Assembly: GCF_937873615.1 (NCBI RefSeq) | Contig: NZ_CALMYP010000065.1 | Coordinates: forward strand, 97,542-161,541 | DNA length: 64,000 nt | Direction of reading: 5' to 3' | From: an uncultured Paracoccus sp. | Lineage (GTDB): Bacteria > Pseudomonadota > Alphaproteobacteria > Rhodobacterales > Rhodobacteraceae | Part shown: piece after piece, positions 30,698-40,892 of the stretch | Layout: each line of letters opens with the position of its first letter | How positions within the stretch are numbered: position 1 is the stretch's first letter | Translations under genes and position numbers: made by a program | Notes under the pieces: model-generated | Seen by the model: the letters and a program-made list of their open reading frames with translations, nothing else | What the model was told of the DNA's origin: nothing | Databases searched by the model: none

Positions 30698-31573
30698 ATG
30701 GCGATTCAATCGGTAGGCGTGATCGGCGCGGGCCAGATGGGCAACGGGATTGCCCATGTTTTCGCACTGGCGGGATATGACGTCCTGCTGACCGATGTCA
30801 GCGAAGAGGCGATGAAGAAGGCACTGGCGACGGTCACGAAGAACCTCGACCGGCAGGTCAAGGGCGAGAAGATCACCGAGGCCGACAAGGCCGCCACGCT
30901 GGGGCGCATCCGCACCACGCTGGTGCTGGCCGAACTGGGCCAATGCGATCTGGTGATCGAGGCCGCGACCGAGAAGGAGGCCGTCAAGCAGGCGATCTTC
31001 GCCGAGCTTCAGCCGCATCTGAAGCCCGAGACCATCCTGACCTCGAACACCTCGTCGATCTCGATCACGCGGATGGCCAGCCGCACCGACCGGCCCGAGA
31101 AATTCATGGGGTTCCACTTCATGAACCCGGTCCCGGTCATGCAGCTGGTCGAGTTGATCCGGGGCATCGCTACCGATCAGGAAACCTATCAGACCCTGGT
31201 CGAGGTGGTGGAGCGCATCGGCAAGACCTCGGCCACCTCGGAGGATTTCCCGGCCTTCATCGTCAACCGCGTCCTGATCCCGATGATCAACGAGGCGGTC
31301 TATACGCTTTACGAGGGTGTCGGTTCGGTCAATTCGATCGACCAGTCGATGCGGCTGGGGGCGAACTGGCCGATGGGGCCGCTGGAACTGGGCGATTTCA
31401 TCGGGCTGGACACCTGCCTGGCGATCATGAACGTGCTGCATGACGGGCTGGCGGATACCAAATACCGACCCTGCCCGCTGCTGGTGAAATATGTCGAGGC
31501 CGGCTGGCTGGGCCGCAAATCGGGCCGCGGCTTCTATGATTATTCGGGGGAAAGCCCGGTGCCGACGCGCTGA
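30698..31573 (+). CDS. hbd: 3-hydroxybutyryl-CoA dehydrogenase
   Basis: GAGQMGNGIA, IEAATE, SNTSSISIT, HFMNPVP, GFIVNR-like AFIVNR, PMGPLELGD.IGLD. Confidence 0.92.
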   Translation: MAIQSVGVIGAGQMGNGIAHVFALAGYDVLLTDVSEEAMKKALATVTKNLDRQVKGEKITEADKAATLGRIRTTLVLAELGQCDLVIEAATEKEAVKQAIFAELQPHLKPETILTSNTSSISITRMASRTDRPEKFMGFHFMNPVPVMQLVELIRGIATDQETYQTLVEVVERIGKTSATSEDFPAFIVNRVLIPMINEAVYTLYEGVGSVNSIDQSMRLGANWPMGPLELGDFIGLDTCLAIMNVLHDGLADTKYRPCPLLVKYVEAGWLGRKSGRGFYDYSGESPVPTR

Positions 31574-31593
31574 AAAGGCGCGTCAGATACAGG

Positions 31594-31624
31594 AAGGGCC
31601 GGAGGCGAACCTCCGGCCCTTTTC
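31594..31624. terminator. Bidirectional terminator between hbd and the DUF2852 gene
   Basis: AAGGGCCGGAGG-cgaa-CCTCCGGCCCTT-TTT. Confidence 0.82.
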
Positions 31625-31642
31625 TCATTGCGCGGGGCGCGG

Positions 31643-32059
31643 TTACAGCGTGACCGGGCGATTCGCGGCTTCGCGGCGTTCGGTCAGGAACTGGTCGAAC
31701 TCGGTCTTGTCGCGGGCCTCGCGCAGGCGCGCCATATATGCCATGAATTCGCGATGTTCCTCTTCAAGACGCTTCAGCGTCTCGTCGCGATAGGAATCGA
31801 AGGCGACATTGCCGGTCGATCCGGTGAAGTGATTGCGCGCCGAATTCCGGCGATGCGAGCAGTTGAACATGCGATTGCTCCCGATCATGTAGATGAGAAT
31901 GGCCAGACCGACCGGCCAGACGAAGATGAAGCCCGCGATCATGGCGAGGATCCAGGCACCCTTGCCCTTCGCGTCCAGCCAATCCCGGGCCTGGATCAGC
32001 ACGCCGTTGATGCGGCTGAACAGTCCGGGCCGATAGGTTGAGGTCGCACCATATTCCAT
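31643..32059 (-). CDS. DUF2852 domain-containing protein
   Basis: WI.AMIAGFIFVWPVGLAIL; STGN.AFD.YRDETL.RLEEE..EF..Y..RLREARDK.EFDQF. Confidence 0.85.
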   Translation of the reverse strand: MEYGATSTYRPGLFSRINGVLIQARDWLDAKGKGAWILAMIAGFIFVWPVGLAILIYMIGSNRMFNCSHRRNSARNHFTGSTGNVAFDSYRDETLKRLEEEHREFMAYMARLREARDKTEFDQFLTERREAANRPVTL

Positions 32060-32080
32060 TTTTGTTACCCTTCGCTTGTT

Positions 32081-32099
32081 ATGTGAAGACCATTCACAT
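32081..32099. promoter_or_regulatory. Palindrome ATGTGAA-N5-TTCACAT, candidate operator for the adjacent TetR
   Basis: Perfect 7-bp arms about 20 bp upstream of the DUF2852 start. Confidence 0.55.
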
Positions 32100-32220
32100 T
32101 AACAGAGATGGGGGGCGCAATCCGCGTATCAAGACCCACGGGTCGAAAAATCGACCTGCGGCGGAAAGACGCGAAAAAAGGGCCGGCCCAAAGCCGGCAA
32201 CCACATCGAGCGGCGGGGTT

Positions 32221-32835
32221 TCAGTGAACGACGAGGTTGAGGCCGCGCAGATAGATCAGCACACCCGAGGCCAGCATATCCTCGGGCGAGACCGGGCTGC
32301 GTGAGAAGTTGCGGTTGCGCGAGAACAGCTCGACCACGCCATGGCTCAGCGCCCAGATGTGGTTGGCGACCATGCGCGCGGGCGGTCGCTCTTCCTTCGG
32401 CAAAGGCTCGGACAGGGCTTCGGCGGCGCGAACGAGCACCCCGAAGGCGCGTTCCGAGGTCTCCCACAGTTCGGAATTCGAGACCACGGCGACGTTACTT
32501 TCAAACATGGCCATGTAATAGCCGGGATTCCTGCTGGCGAAGTCGAGATAGGCATTGCCGACGCGTGACAGCGCCCGAAGCGGGTTCGGCTTGCCGTCGT
32601 CATAGGCGTCGTTCATGCATTCGGCGAAGGCGATGAAACCGCGCCGTGCGACTTCCTCCAGCAGATCGTCGCGATTCTTGAAATGGCGATAGGGGGCGGC
32701 GGGCGAGACGCCGGCGCGGCGCGCGGCCTCGGACAGCGAAAAAGCCTGCGGGCCGCTTTGTTCGATCAGCGCGACGGCGGCTTCCACAAGCGCCTCACGG
32801 AGATTGCCGTGGTGGTAGGATTGCCGCCCTGCCAA
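32221..32835 (-). CDS. TetR/AcrR-family regulator (WHG-domain type)
   Basis: YHHGNLREAL, FSLSEAARRAGVSPAAPYRHF, IWALSHG; TTG start. Confidence 0.9.
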   Translation of the reverse strand: MAGRQSYHHGNLREALVEAAVALIEQSGPQAFSLSEAARRAGVSPAAPYRHFKNRDDLLEEVARRGFIAFAECMNDAYDDGKPNPLRALSRVGNAYLDFASRNPGYYMAMFESNVAVVSNSELWETSERAFGVLVRAAEALSEPLPKEERPPARMVANHIWALSHGVVELFSRNRNFSRSPVSPEDMLASGVLIYLRGLNLVVH

Positions 32836-32838
32836 GGC

Positions 32839-33117
32839 TCAACTGTCCTCGCCGAAACGCTGAGCGACCAGTTCGGTCAGGGCATCGGCAAGGGCCCGGG
32901 CGTCGGCGCCCGAAACCGCGAGCGCGATCTCGCTGCCGCGCCCGGCGGCCAGCATCAGAAGGCCCATGATCGAATCGCCCGAGACGGTCATGCCGTCGCG
33001 GGTGACCTGGGCATTGGCATCGAAACGCTCGACCATCTCGACGAATTTCGCCGAGGCGCGGGCATGGAGGCCCTTTTCGTTGACGATGGGCAGGGTGAGG
33101 CGGATGGGATCGGTCAT
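32839..33117 (-). CDS. ptsH: Phosphocarrier protein HPr/NPr
   Basis: NEKGLHARAS (His15), DSIMGLLMLAA (Ser46). Confidence 0.92.
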   Translation of the reverse strand: MTDPIRLTLPIVNEKGLHARASAKFVEMVERFDANAQVTRDGMTVSGDSIMGLLMLAAGRGSEIALAVSGADARALADALTELVAQRFGEDS

Positions 33118-33530
33118 TGGGCGACGTGGCGGGGCGCCAGTTCCTCATGGACCGTGTAGCTGTCGATATATTTGCGCCCGGCGGCGACAGCATGGGCGGC
33201 GGCCTGCTGGGCCGGCAGGTTGCGCAGTTTCGCGAGCTTGACCAGCATCGGAAGATTTGCACCGTAAAGGATGATGCGATTGCTTGCCGAACAGGCCGGC
33301 AGCGACAGGTTGGAGGGCGAGCCGCCGAAAAGGTCGGTTACCACAACCACCCCGTCGCCCTCGTCGACCTCGTCGGCGGCGATGCAGATCTCGCGGCTTT
33401 TGGCGTTGCGGTCGTGATCGTCCTCGATGGTGATGGTGCGCACCCCGGGCTGCGGGCCGACCACATGTTCCATCGCTGACCGATATTCTCGTGCCAGACC
33501 GCCATGTGCGACGATGACAATTCCGATCAA
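33114..33530 (-). CDS. PTS EIIA component (mannose/fructose family, ManX-like)
   Basis: [26 protein letters not shown]; TTG start overlaps the rapZ stop. Confidence 0.9.
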   Translation of the reverse strand: MIGIVIVAHGGLAREYRSAMEHVVGPQPGVRTITIEDDHDRNAKSREICIAADEVDEGDGVVVVTDLFGGSPSNLSLPACSASNRIILYGANLPMLVKLAKLRNLPAQQAAAHAVAAGRKYIDSYTVHEELAPRHVAQ

Positions 33531-34492
33531 ATCTGCGTTCCCCGAGCGGCCGAACCCGGAAGCGTCAGCTGCGGTCGTTCCGCTTCGCGACGTTCGAGTT
33601 CCCTGTGACGTTTGGACACCTGCCAACCATGTTCAGCAAGCGCTTTTGACATAATCTCTGCCAGAGTGACAGAGCGATGTTGCCCGCCCGTGCAGCCGAA
33701 ACCGATGGCCAGATGGGTTTTTCCCTCGGCCAGATGCGCAGGCAGGACAAAAAGAACCAGATCCAGCACCTTCTGCAGGAATTCGGCGAAGCGCGGATCA
33801 TCCTCGACGAATCGCTGAACGGCACCGTTGCGCCCGTCGAGAGCGCGTAATTGGGGATCCCAATGCGGGTTTTCAAGGAAGCGGCAGTCGAACATCATGT
33901 CGATGCCGCGCGGAACGCCGCGTTTATAGGAAAAGCTCTGGACCGAGACGGTCAGGCGGCTGCCCGGTTCGACATCGAAGAAGCGCGCCAGTTCCGCCTT
34001 CAGGTCATGGGGCGACATCTCGGTCGTATTGACCAGCACATCGGCCCGCGACCGGATCGGTGCCAGCAGGTCCTTTTCGGTCAGGATACCGTCAAGCGGC
34101 GCGCCCTCGCCGGCGATGGGATGGCGGCGGCGCGTCTCGTTGAAGCGGCGCACCAGCGTGGTGGAATCGCAGTCGAGATAAAGCACTTCGGCGGTATAGC
34201 TCGGGTGTCGGGTCAGCCGGTCGATCAGTTCGATCACCGCCGAGGCCGAGAAATCGCGGTTGCGCACATCGAGACCGAGGGCCAGCGGCGCATTGCGCGG
34301 CGGCCCGTCGAGAAGTCGCGGCACCAGAGAAAGCGGGAGGTTGTCGATGGCCTCGTAACCGAGATCTTCCAGCACGTCGATCGCGGTCGAACGCCCGGCA
34401 CCGGAAGGGCCGGTGACGAGCACCAGCCGGGTCGCGGCGCTGTCCGTTGCGGCCGTCCGGGCAGGATCGCTGGGAGTCATGGCTTCGTTCAT
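33527..34492 (-). CDS. rapZ: RNase adapter RapZ-family P-loop protein
   Basis: [44 protein letters not shown]. Confidence 0.93.
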   Translation of the reverse strand: MNEAMTPSDPARTAATDSAATRLVLVTGPSGAGRSTAIDVLEDLGYEAIDNLPLSLVPRLLDGPPRNAPLALGLDVRNRDFSASAVIELIDRLTRHPSYTAEVLYLDCDSTTLVRRFNETRRRHPIAGEGAPLDGILTEKDLLAPIRSRADVLVNTTEMSPHDLKAELARFFDVEPGSRLTVSVQSFSYKRGVPRGIDMMFDCRFLENPHWDPQLRALDGRNGAVQRFVEDDPRFAEFLQKVLDLVLFVLPAHLAEGKTHLAIGFGCTGGQHRSVTLAEIMSKALAEHGWQVSKRHRELERREAERPQLTLPGSAARGTQI

Positions 34493-34510
34493 CGCTTGAC
34501 CGGCAACAAT

Positions 34511-34963
34511 TCATACGTCGGGGGCGATCCAGCCTCCCCGCAATAACAGACTGATCGCAGATGAAAGATGATCGGTTAACGGGCCGAGGACAAGGGGCAG
34601 TAACATGTCCTTTACGCAGGTGTTGCGGATTGGCGGCAGCCTTTCCGGACAGGTCTGGCCCAGATCGGCGACCAGCACGATGGGACCGGGGGCATGTGCG
34701 GTGCGGATCAGGCCGACATGGCGGGCCTCGATCAGCCCCGCCAACGCGGCCGGGGCCTCGGCCCATAACGTTGCGTCACGCCGGGTCAGGATCACCCGGT
34801 CATCGGCGATCAGCACCCCGCCAAGCGCGATCAGCCGAAGTGCCAGCGCGGATTTGCCGCTGCCCGAGGGACCGAGGATCAGGACGCCACGCCCGTCCAT
34901 CTGCACGGCGCTTGCGTGAACGGTTTCAACTTCAACCAATTCCACCCCCTCCAACGCCTGCAA
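34511..34963 (-). CDS. hprK: HPr kinase/phosphorylase, short alphaproteobacterial type
   Basis: HASAV, GVLILGPSGSGKS, LIADDRV, GLIEARHVG. Confidence 0.8.
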   Translation of the reverse strand: MQALEGVELVEVETVHASAVQMDGRGVLILGPSGSGKSALALRLIALGGVLIADDRVILTRRDATLWAEAPAALAGLIEARHVGLIRTAHAPGPIVLVADLGQTCPERLPPIRNTCVKDMLLPLVLGPLTDHLSSAISLLLRGGWIAPDV

Positions 34964-35104
34964 ACGCGGCAGCGCGAGGCCTGTTTGCGCTAAACATTCC
35001 TGATTTCGCTAACATGGGAAAATCGCCTCTTTTTTCACAAATTTGCCATGTTATAGGGGCGAAGACCAACGTGCCTGTCCAGCCAGAAGCGGAGATATCC
35101 CCCC

Positions 35105-36703
35105 ATGTCGCAGACCCGAGTTAACCCCGATTTCAAACTTGAGGACCAGGGTATCGAAGGGGTGGGTTCTGTCTATTACAACCTGCTCGAACCGGCACTG
35201 GTCGAACATGCCGTCCGCCGTGGCGAGGGCAAGCTGGGCCTTGGCGGTGCGTTCCTGGTTTCGACCGGCAAGCATACCGGCCGCTCGCCCAAGGATAAAT
35301 TCGTCGTCCGCACGCCCCTGGTCGAAGATTCGATCTGGTGGGAAAACAACCAACCGATGGAGGCCGAGGCCTTTGATCGGCTCTATGAGGACATGCTGGC
35401 CCATATGCAGGGCCGCGAATATTTCGTGCAGGACCTTTATGCCGGTGCCGATCCCGAACAGCGCCTCGATGTCCGGGTGGTTTCGGAACTGGCCTGGCAC
35501 AACCTGTTCATCCGCCACCTGCTGCGCCGTCCCAAGGCCGACGAGTTGGCGAGTTTCAAGGCCGAATACACGATCATCAACTGCCCCAGCTTCAAGGCCG
35601 ATCCGGCCCGCCACGGCTGCCGTTCGGAAACCGTGATCGCGCTGAATTTCGACCGCAAGCTGATCCTGATCGGCAATACCGAATATGCGGGCGAGAACAA
35701 GAAGGGCGTGTTCACGCTGATGAACTACATCCTGCCGGGGCGTGGCGTCATGGCCATGCATTGCAGCGCCAACCACGCCCCCGAGGATACCAGCGATGTC
35801 GCGATCTTCTTCGGCCTGTCGGGCACCGGCAAGACCACGCTGTCCGCCGACCCGGACCGGGTGCTGATCGGTGACGACGAACATGGCTGGTCCGACAAGG
35901 GCGTCTTCAACTTCGAAGGCGGCTGCTATGCCAAGACCATCAACCTCTCGCCCAAGGCCGAGCCGGAGATCTATGCCACGACCTCCAAATTCGCGACCGT
36001 GATCGAGAACATGGTCTTCGACCCGGCGACGCTGAAACTGGATTTCGAGGACAGTTCGCTGACCGAGAACATGCGCTGCGCCTATCCGCTGGAATATATC
36101 TCGAACGCCTCGGAAACCGGCATGGCCGGCGTGCCGAAGAATGTCATCATGCTGACCTGCGACGCCTTCGGCGTGCTGCCGCCCATCGCGCGGCTGACCC
36201 CGGCGCAGGCGATGTATCACTTCCTGTCGGGCTTCACCTCGAAGACGCCGGGCACCGAGGTCGGCGTGACCGAGCCGATCCCGACCTTCTCGACCTGTTT
36301 CGGTGCCCCCTTCATGCCGCGCCGCCCCGAGGCTTATGGCGCGCTGTTGCAGGACCAGATCGCCAAGACCGGCGCGACCTGCTGGCTGGTCAATACCGGC
36401 TGGACTGGCGGCGCTTTCGGTCAGGGCTCGCGGATGCCGATCAAGGCGACGCGCGCGCTGCTGCATGCGGCGCTCGACGGTTCGCTGAACGATGTGGAAT
36501 TCCGCAAGGATCCGAATTTCGGCTTCGAGGTTCCGGTCTCGGTCGAAGGTGTGTCGGATGTGCTGTTGGACCCGCGCCGGACCTGGGGCGACGGACCTGC
36601 CTATGATGCGCAGGCGAAGAAGCTGGTGCAGATGTTCTCGGACAATTTCGAGCAATATATCGACAAGGTCGACGCACAGGTGAAATCGGCCGCCATCGGC
36701 TGA
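35105..36703 (+). CDS. pckA: PEP carboxykinase (ATP)
   Basis: [60 protein letters not shown]. Confidence 0.97.
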   Translation: MSQTRVNPDFKLEDQGIEGVGSVYYNLLEPALVEHAVRRGEGKLGLGGAFLVSTGKHTGRSPKDKFVVRTPLVEDSIWWENNQPMEAEAFDRLYEDMLAHMQGREYFVQDLYAGADPEQRLDVRVVSELAWHNLFIRHLLRRPKADELASFKAEYTIINCPSFKADPARHGCRSETVIALNFDRKLILIGNTEYAGENKKGVFTLMNYILPGRGVMAMHCSANHAPEDTSDVAIFFGLSGTGKTTLSADPDRVLIGDDEHGWSDKGVFNFEGGCYAKTINLSPKAEPEIYATTSKFATVIENMVFDPATLKLDFEDSSLTENMRCAYPLEYISNASETGMAGVPKNVIMLTCDAFGVLPPIARLTPAQAMYHFLSGFTSKTPGTEVGVTEPIPTFSTCFGAPFMPRRPEAYGALLQDQIAKTGATCWLVNTGWTGGAFGQGSRMPIKATRALLHAALDGSLNDVEFRKDPNFGFEVPVSVEGVSDVLLDPRRTWGDGPAYDAQAKKLVQMFSDNFEQYIDKVDAQVKSAAIG

Positions 36704-36723
36704 TATCCCGGCGATGAAAAGGA

Positions 36724-36754
36724 AAACGCCCGCCGGATGGCGGGCGTTTGCTTT
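36724..36754. terminator. Intrinsic terminator after pckA
   Basis: AAACGCCCGCC-ggat-GGCGGGCGTTT followed by GCTTT. Confidence 0.8.
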
Positions 36755-36831
36755 ATTGGCTGCAAGTTCAGCATCACGCGTCTTGCGGCCCAAAGCAAGC
36801 GGTTCATTCGTAAAACTCTAACGAGTGCCGC

Positions 36832-38622
36832 TCAGACCGGCGCCGTCGCCCGCTCCAGCCAGCGGCGCGTCTCGGCATCGACCAGAGGGGCGACCTTCGC
36901 CAGCACCTCGGCGTGATAGGCGTTCAGCCAGTCGCGCTCGACCGGCGAGAGCATCTCGGCAACGATCATGCGCCGGTCGATGGGCACGAAATTCAGCGTC
37001 TCGAAGCCCAGCATCTCGCGCCCATCGGGGCTGTCGGCAGGGGCGACAACGAGCAGGTTCTCGATCCGGATGCCGAAAGCGCCCTCGCGGTAATAGCCGG
37101 GTTCGTTGGACAGGATCATGCCGGGGGACAACGGCACCTCAGACGCGCGGGAGATCCGGGCCGGGCCTTCATGGACGCAAAGCGCGGCCCCGACGCCATG
37201 GCCGGTGCCATGGTCGTAATCCATGCCCACGGACCAGAGCGGCGCGCGGGCGACGGCGTCGATATCGCGCCCCGACAGCCCCTTCGGAAAGCGCAGCCGC
37301 GACACCGCGATCATGCCCTGCAGCACGCGGGTAAAGGCTTCGCGGATCTCAGGCGCCATCCCGCCCACGGCCATGGTGCGGGTGATGTCGGTGGTACCGT
37401 TCGGATATTGCCCGCCGGAATCGACCAGCAGGACCTGACCCTCGGCAAGCGGCAGATCGCTCGCCTCGGTGACGTGGTAATGCGGCAGGGCGGCATGGGG
37501 ACCGACCGCGCTGATCGTGTCGAAGCTGATATCGAGAATGCCTGCCTCGCGGCGCATCTGTTCCAGCCTTTGGGCCACGGCGATCTCGGTCAGCCCGCCG
37601 GGTGCGGTGGCATCGAGCCAGCAGAGGAAGCGCGCCATCACCGCCGCGTCGGTCAGATGGGCGGCGCGCATCCCGTCAAGCTCGGCCTCGTTCTTGCACG
37701 CCTTGGGCAGGACGATGGGGTCCTCGCCCTCGGCAATCTCGATCTCGCATTCGGCAAGTGCCGCAAAGACCGCCTCGGGGGCCGAGGCCGGATCGACGCG
37801 AACCGGGCCGTCCAGCGTCCTGAGCGCGGCGGCGAAGCTTTCGGGATGGATGATTGACACCTCGGGGCCGAGATGGGCGCGCAGCTCATCCGGGAACTTG
37901 TCGGGATCGACGAAAAGCTGGACCGAGGCATCGGCGCCGATCACCGCGAAGCCCAGCAGCACCGGGTTGCGGGGGATGTCGCTGCCACGGATGTTCAGCA
38001 GCCAGGCCAGCGAATCCGCCAGTGTCACGACCGCAAATTGTTGGCCCTGCTTGCGCAGATCGGCGGCGATACGGGCGCGTTTCTCGGCCGCCATCGCCCC
38101 GGCGATACGGTCATCATGCAGCCGGACCCGCCCCTTGGGCGGTGCCGGGCGGTCGGTCCAGATGCGATCCACGAGGTTTTCGACCGGGACCAGCCCGATA
38201 TTCGCCGGTGCCAGCGTCTTTCGCATCTCCTCGATCTCGCGATGGGGGTGCAGCCATGGATCGAAGCCCACGCGCCCGCCTTCCGGCAGCGCCTCGGGCA
38301 GCCAGCCGGCGGGGCGGGTGGCCGGGAAGTCGACGGGGGTGAAATGGCCGAGATCCAGTTCCGCCCGCGCCTGCACCTTGTAGCGGCCATCGACAAAGAC
38401 CGCCGCCTGATCGGCGGTGATCACGGCAATGCCGGCGCTGCCGGAAAAGCCGGTGAGCCAGCGCAGCCGGGCATCGGCATCGGCCACATATTCGCCCTGA
38501 TGCGCATCGGCGCGGGGGATCAGGAAGGCATCGACGCCTTCCGCCGCCATCGCCTGACGCAATGCGGCAAGGCGCGGCGGATGCAGCGCGGGATTGCCGG
38601 TTTCGGTGAAATTCTGGAACAT
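36832..38622 (-). CDS. Aminopeptidase P family (Xaa-Pro aminopeptidase, M24)
   Basis: D.HQGEYV, TGFSGSAG, DGRY..QA, DSGGQY..GTTDITRT, HGTGHGVG..L.VHEGP, SNEPGYY, GIRIEN. Confidence 0.92.
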   Translation of the reverse strand: MFQNFTETGNPALHPPRLAALRQAMAAEGVDAFLIPRADAHQGEYVADADARLRWLTGFSGSAGIAVITADQAAVFVDGRYKVQARAELDLGHFTPVDFPATRPAGWLPEALPEGGRVGFDPWLHPHREIEEMRKTLAPANIGLVPVENLVDRIWTDRPAPPKGRVRLHDDRIAGAMAAEKRARIAADLRKQGQQFAVVTLADSLAWLLNIRGSDIPRNPVLLGFAVIGADASVQLFVDPDKFPDELRAHLGPEVSIIHPESFAAALRTLDGPVRVDPASAPEAVFAALAECEIEIAEGEDPIVLPKACKNEAELDGMRAAHLTDAAVMARFLCWLDATAPGGLTEIAVAQRLEQMRREAGILDISFDTISAVGPHAALPHYHVTEASDLPLAEGQVLLVDSGGQYPNGTTDITRTMAVGGMAPEIREAFTRVLQGMIAVSRLRFPKGLSGRDIDAVARAPLWSVGMDYDHGTGHGVGAALCVHEGPARISRASEVPLSPGMILSNEPGYYREGAFGIRIENLLVVAPADSPDGREMLGFETLNFVPIDRRMIVAEMLSPVERDWLNAYHAEVLAKVAPLVDAETRRWLERATAPV

Positions 38623-38648
38623 CTGCGCCCTTCCCCTGCCCGCGCCGA

Positions 38649-40520
38649 TCAGCCGATCCGGCGCTGCAAGCCCCGTCCCATGACCCGCGCCCGCTGGCGC
38701 GGATCGGATTCGAACAGCCCGGCCAGTTGTTCGGTCATGGCGCCGCCCAATTGTTCCGCATCGGTGATGGTGACGGCGCGTTCATAGTAACGCGTCACGT
38801 CATGGCCGATGCCGATGGCCAGCAATTCGACCTGCCGGCGCTTCTCGATCATGGCGATCACGTCGCGCAGGTGCTTTTCCAGATAGTTCGCCGGGTTCAC
38901 CGACAGCGTGCTGTCATCGACCGGCGCCCCGTCCGAGATCACCATCAGGATCTTGCGCGCCTCGCCGCGCCGGACCAGCCGGCGATGCGCCCATTCCAGC
39001 GCCTCGCCGTCGATGTTTTCCTTCAGCAGCCCTTCCTTCATCATCAGGCCCAGATTCGGGCGCACCCGACGCCAGGGCGCATCGGCGCCCTTGTAGATGA
39101 TGTGGCGCAGGTCGTTCAGACGCCCCGGCAAGGCCGGGCGGTTGTCCTTCAGCCATTGCTCTCGGCTTTGGCCGCCCTTCCAGGCGCGGGTGGTGAAGCC
39201 CAGTATCTCGACCTTGACCTGACTGCGTTCCAGCGTGCGGGCCAGCACATCGGCGCAGATCGCGGCGATAGAGATCGGCCTGCCGCGCATGGAGCCGGAA
39301 TTGTCGATCAGCAGCGTCACCACGGTGTCGCGGAATTCGGTATCCTTCTCGATCTTGAAGCTGAGCGGCGTGGTCGGGTTGGCAACGACGCGAGCAAGAC
39401 GCCCGGCATCGAGCACACCTTCCTCCTTGTCGAATTCCCAACTGCGGTTCTGCTGGGCCTGAAGTCGGCGCTGCAGCTTGTTGGCCAGCCGGCTGACCGC
39501 GCCCCGCAGGGGTTCAAGCTGCTTGTCGAGATAGGCGCGCAGCCGTTCCAGTTCCGCCGGCTCGGCCAGATCCTCGGCCTTGATCTCCTCGTCATAGGCC
39601 TGGGTATAGACCTTGTATTCGGCGCTGGCTTCGCTGACCGGGGGCGGCAGTTCCTCGGGCATCTCGCCGTCGGGCATTTCGCTGTCCTCGGCGAATTCCT
39701 CCTCCGAGGAATCGTCCATCGAGACCTGCGCCTGCCGTTCGTCCTGGGTGCGTTCCTGGCTCCGCTCGGGCGAGGATTCGCTGTCCTCGCTGTCATCCTG
39801 ATCGCGGGCCTGGTTGTCGCCGGCCTCGGGATCGGGCTCGGCTTCCTCGGAGGCATCGTCTTCCGGTTCCGCATCCGGGTCTTCGCCAAGCTGATCGCCG
39901 TAGCCCAGATCCTCGATCATCTGCCGGGCAAGGCGGGCGAAGGCGGCCTGATCTGCCATGGTTTCGCGCGCGGCTTCCAGCACATGACCGGCCTGCTGGC
40001 TGACGAAAGGCCGCCAGAGTTCTGCCGCATGGGCGGCAGCGGCGGGCAACTTGCGCCCGGTCGCGGCCTCGCGCAGCAGGTAACCGGCGGCCACCGACAA
40101 AGGAATGTCGGCGGGCTGCTTGACCTGAGCGTAGCCGCGCCGCTCGGCCTCGGCCCCCATCTTCGCGTCAATATTCGACAGGGCACCCGGCATTTCGCGC
40201 GCCCCGAGCGCCTCGACCCGTGCGGTCTCCACCGCCTCGAAGATCTCGCGCGCCATCGGGCCACTGGGGGCGTATTTCGCATGCGTGGCCGGGTCGTGAT
40301 GCCGCAGCCGCATCGCCAACGCATCGGCGGTGCCGCGCGCCTGCACGATCTCGTCACGGGTCATGCGCCGGCTGACCTGCGGCAGCCGCATCGTGTCGCC
40401 CGCCACGCCCGAGGGATCGGCGGTGAAGGTCACGTTCAACTCGGCCTCGTCCGCGAGCGCACGCGTCGCCTCGGTCAGGGCCTTCTTGAAGGGATCGGCG
40501 GGGTTGTCGGATTTGTTCAT
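38649..40520 (-). CDS. cobT: Cobaltochelatase subunit CobT
   Basis: [14 protein letters not shown], acidic linker, LDAGRLAR, vWA domain [28 protein letters not shown]. Confidence 0.95.
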   Translation of the reverse strand: MNKSDNPADPFKKALTEATRALADEAELNVTFTADPSGVAGDTMRLPQVSRRMTRDEIVQARGTADALAMRLRHHDPATHAKYAPSGPMAREIFEAVETARVEALGAREMPGALSNIDAKMGAEAERRGYAQVKQPADIPLSVAAGYLLREAATGRKLPAAAAHAAELWRPFVSQQAGHVLEAARETMADQAAFARLARQMIEDLGYGDQLGEDPDAEPEDDASEEAEPDPEAGDNQARDQDDSEDSESSPERSQERTQDERQAQVSMDDSSEEEFAEDSEMPDGEMPEELPPPVSEASAEYKVYTQAYDEEIKAEDLAEPAELERLRAYLDKQLEPLRGAVSRLANKLQRRLQAQQNRSWEFDKEEGVLDAGRLARVVANPTTPLSFKIEKDTEFRDTVVTLLIDNSGSMRGRPISIAAICADVLARTLERSQVKVEILGFTTRAWKGGQSREQWLKDNRPALPGRLNDLRHIIYKGADAPWRRVRPNLGLMMKEGLLKENIDGEALEWAHRRLVRRGEARKILMVISDGAPVDDSTLSVNPANYLEKHLRDVIAMIEKRRQVELLAIGIGHDVTRYYERAVTITDAEQLGGAMTEQLAGLFESDPRQRARVMGRGLQRRIG

Positions 40521-40892
40521 ACAGGGTCGATCAGTCAGCGCATCATTCGGTCGGCGACAGGCTAGGCCCTTTGGCGGCGGATGACCAGCATTCGCAGCGA
40601 TGGCCGGCCAGATTTCCACCCGCCTTCAGTATGGTGCAATAGGCAATACGACAGCCCCCGCACGGACCATGCCAACAGCACGCACTTATGCGCTGCCAGA
40701 TATACCTCCGATCATGTCCCGTGCCTGAACCGGGCATGCTAAGCAGAGGACGCGTCGTCGGGTGGTCCACGTCGATTCACCCCTTATTCACCGTTCAGCC
40801 ATGTTCCCGGCCAAGGTGTGCAGCCCCCACTGGCTGTCAAAGAGCCAGAAGGGACTTCGGCACCAATTCATGTCAAGGCGAAGAGCAGCCAA

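Noticed and set aside
27978-31573. B12 adenosyltransferase inside the etf operon as a novelty
   Set aside because: The small TM gene-pduO-etfB-etfA-hbd order is a common alphaproteobacterial arrangement.
34511-34963. hprK as a truncated pseudogene
   Set aside because: Short HPrK proteins are normal in Alphaproteobacteria, and the Walker A and DD motifs are intact.
39600-39910. Low-complexity acidic repeat region in cobT
   Set aside because: This is the normal CobT acidic linker, not a repeat array.
40620-40890. Cobalamin riboswitch near cobT (CAGCCCCCGCAC resembles part of the B12 box)
   Set aside because: The other conserved elements are missing, and the fragment is on the strand opposite to cobT.
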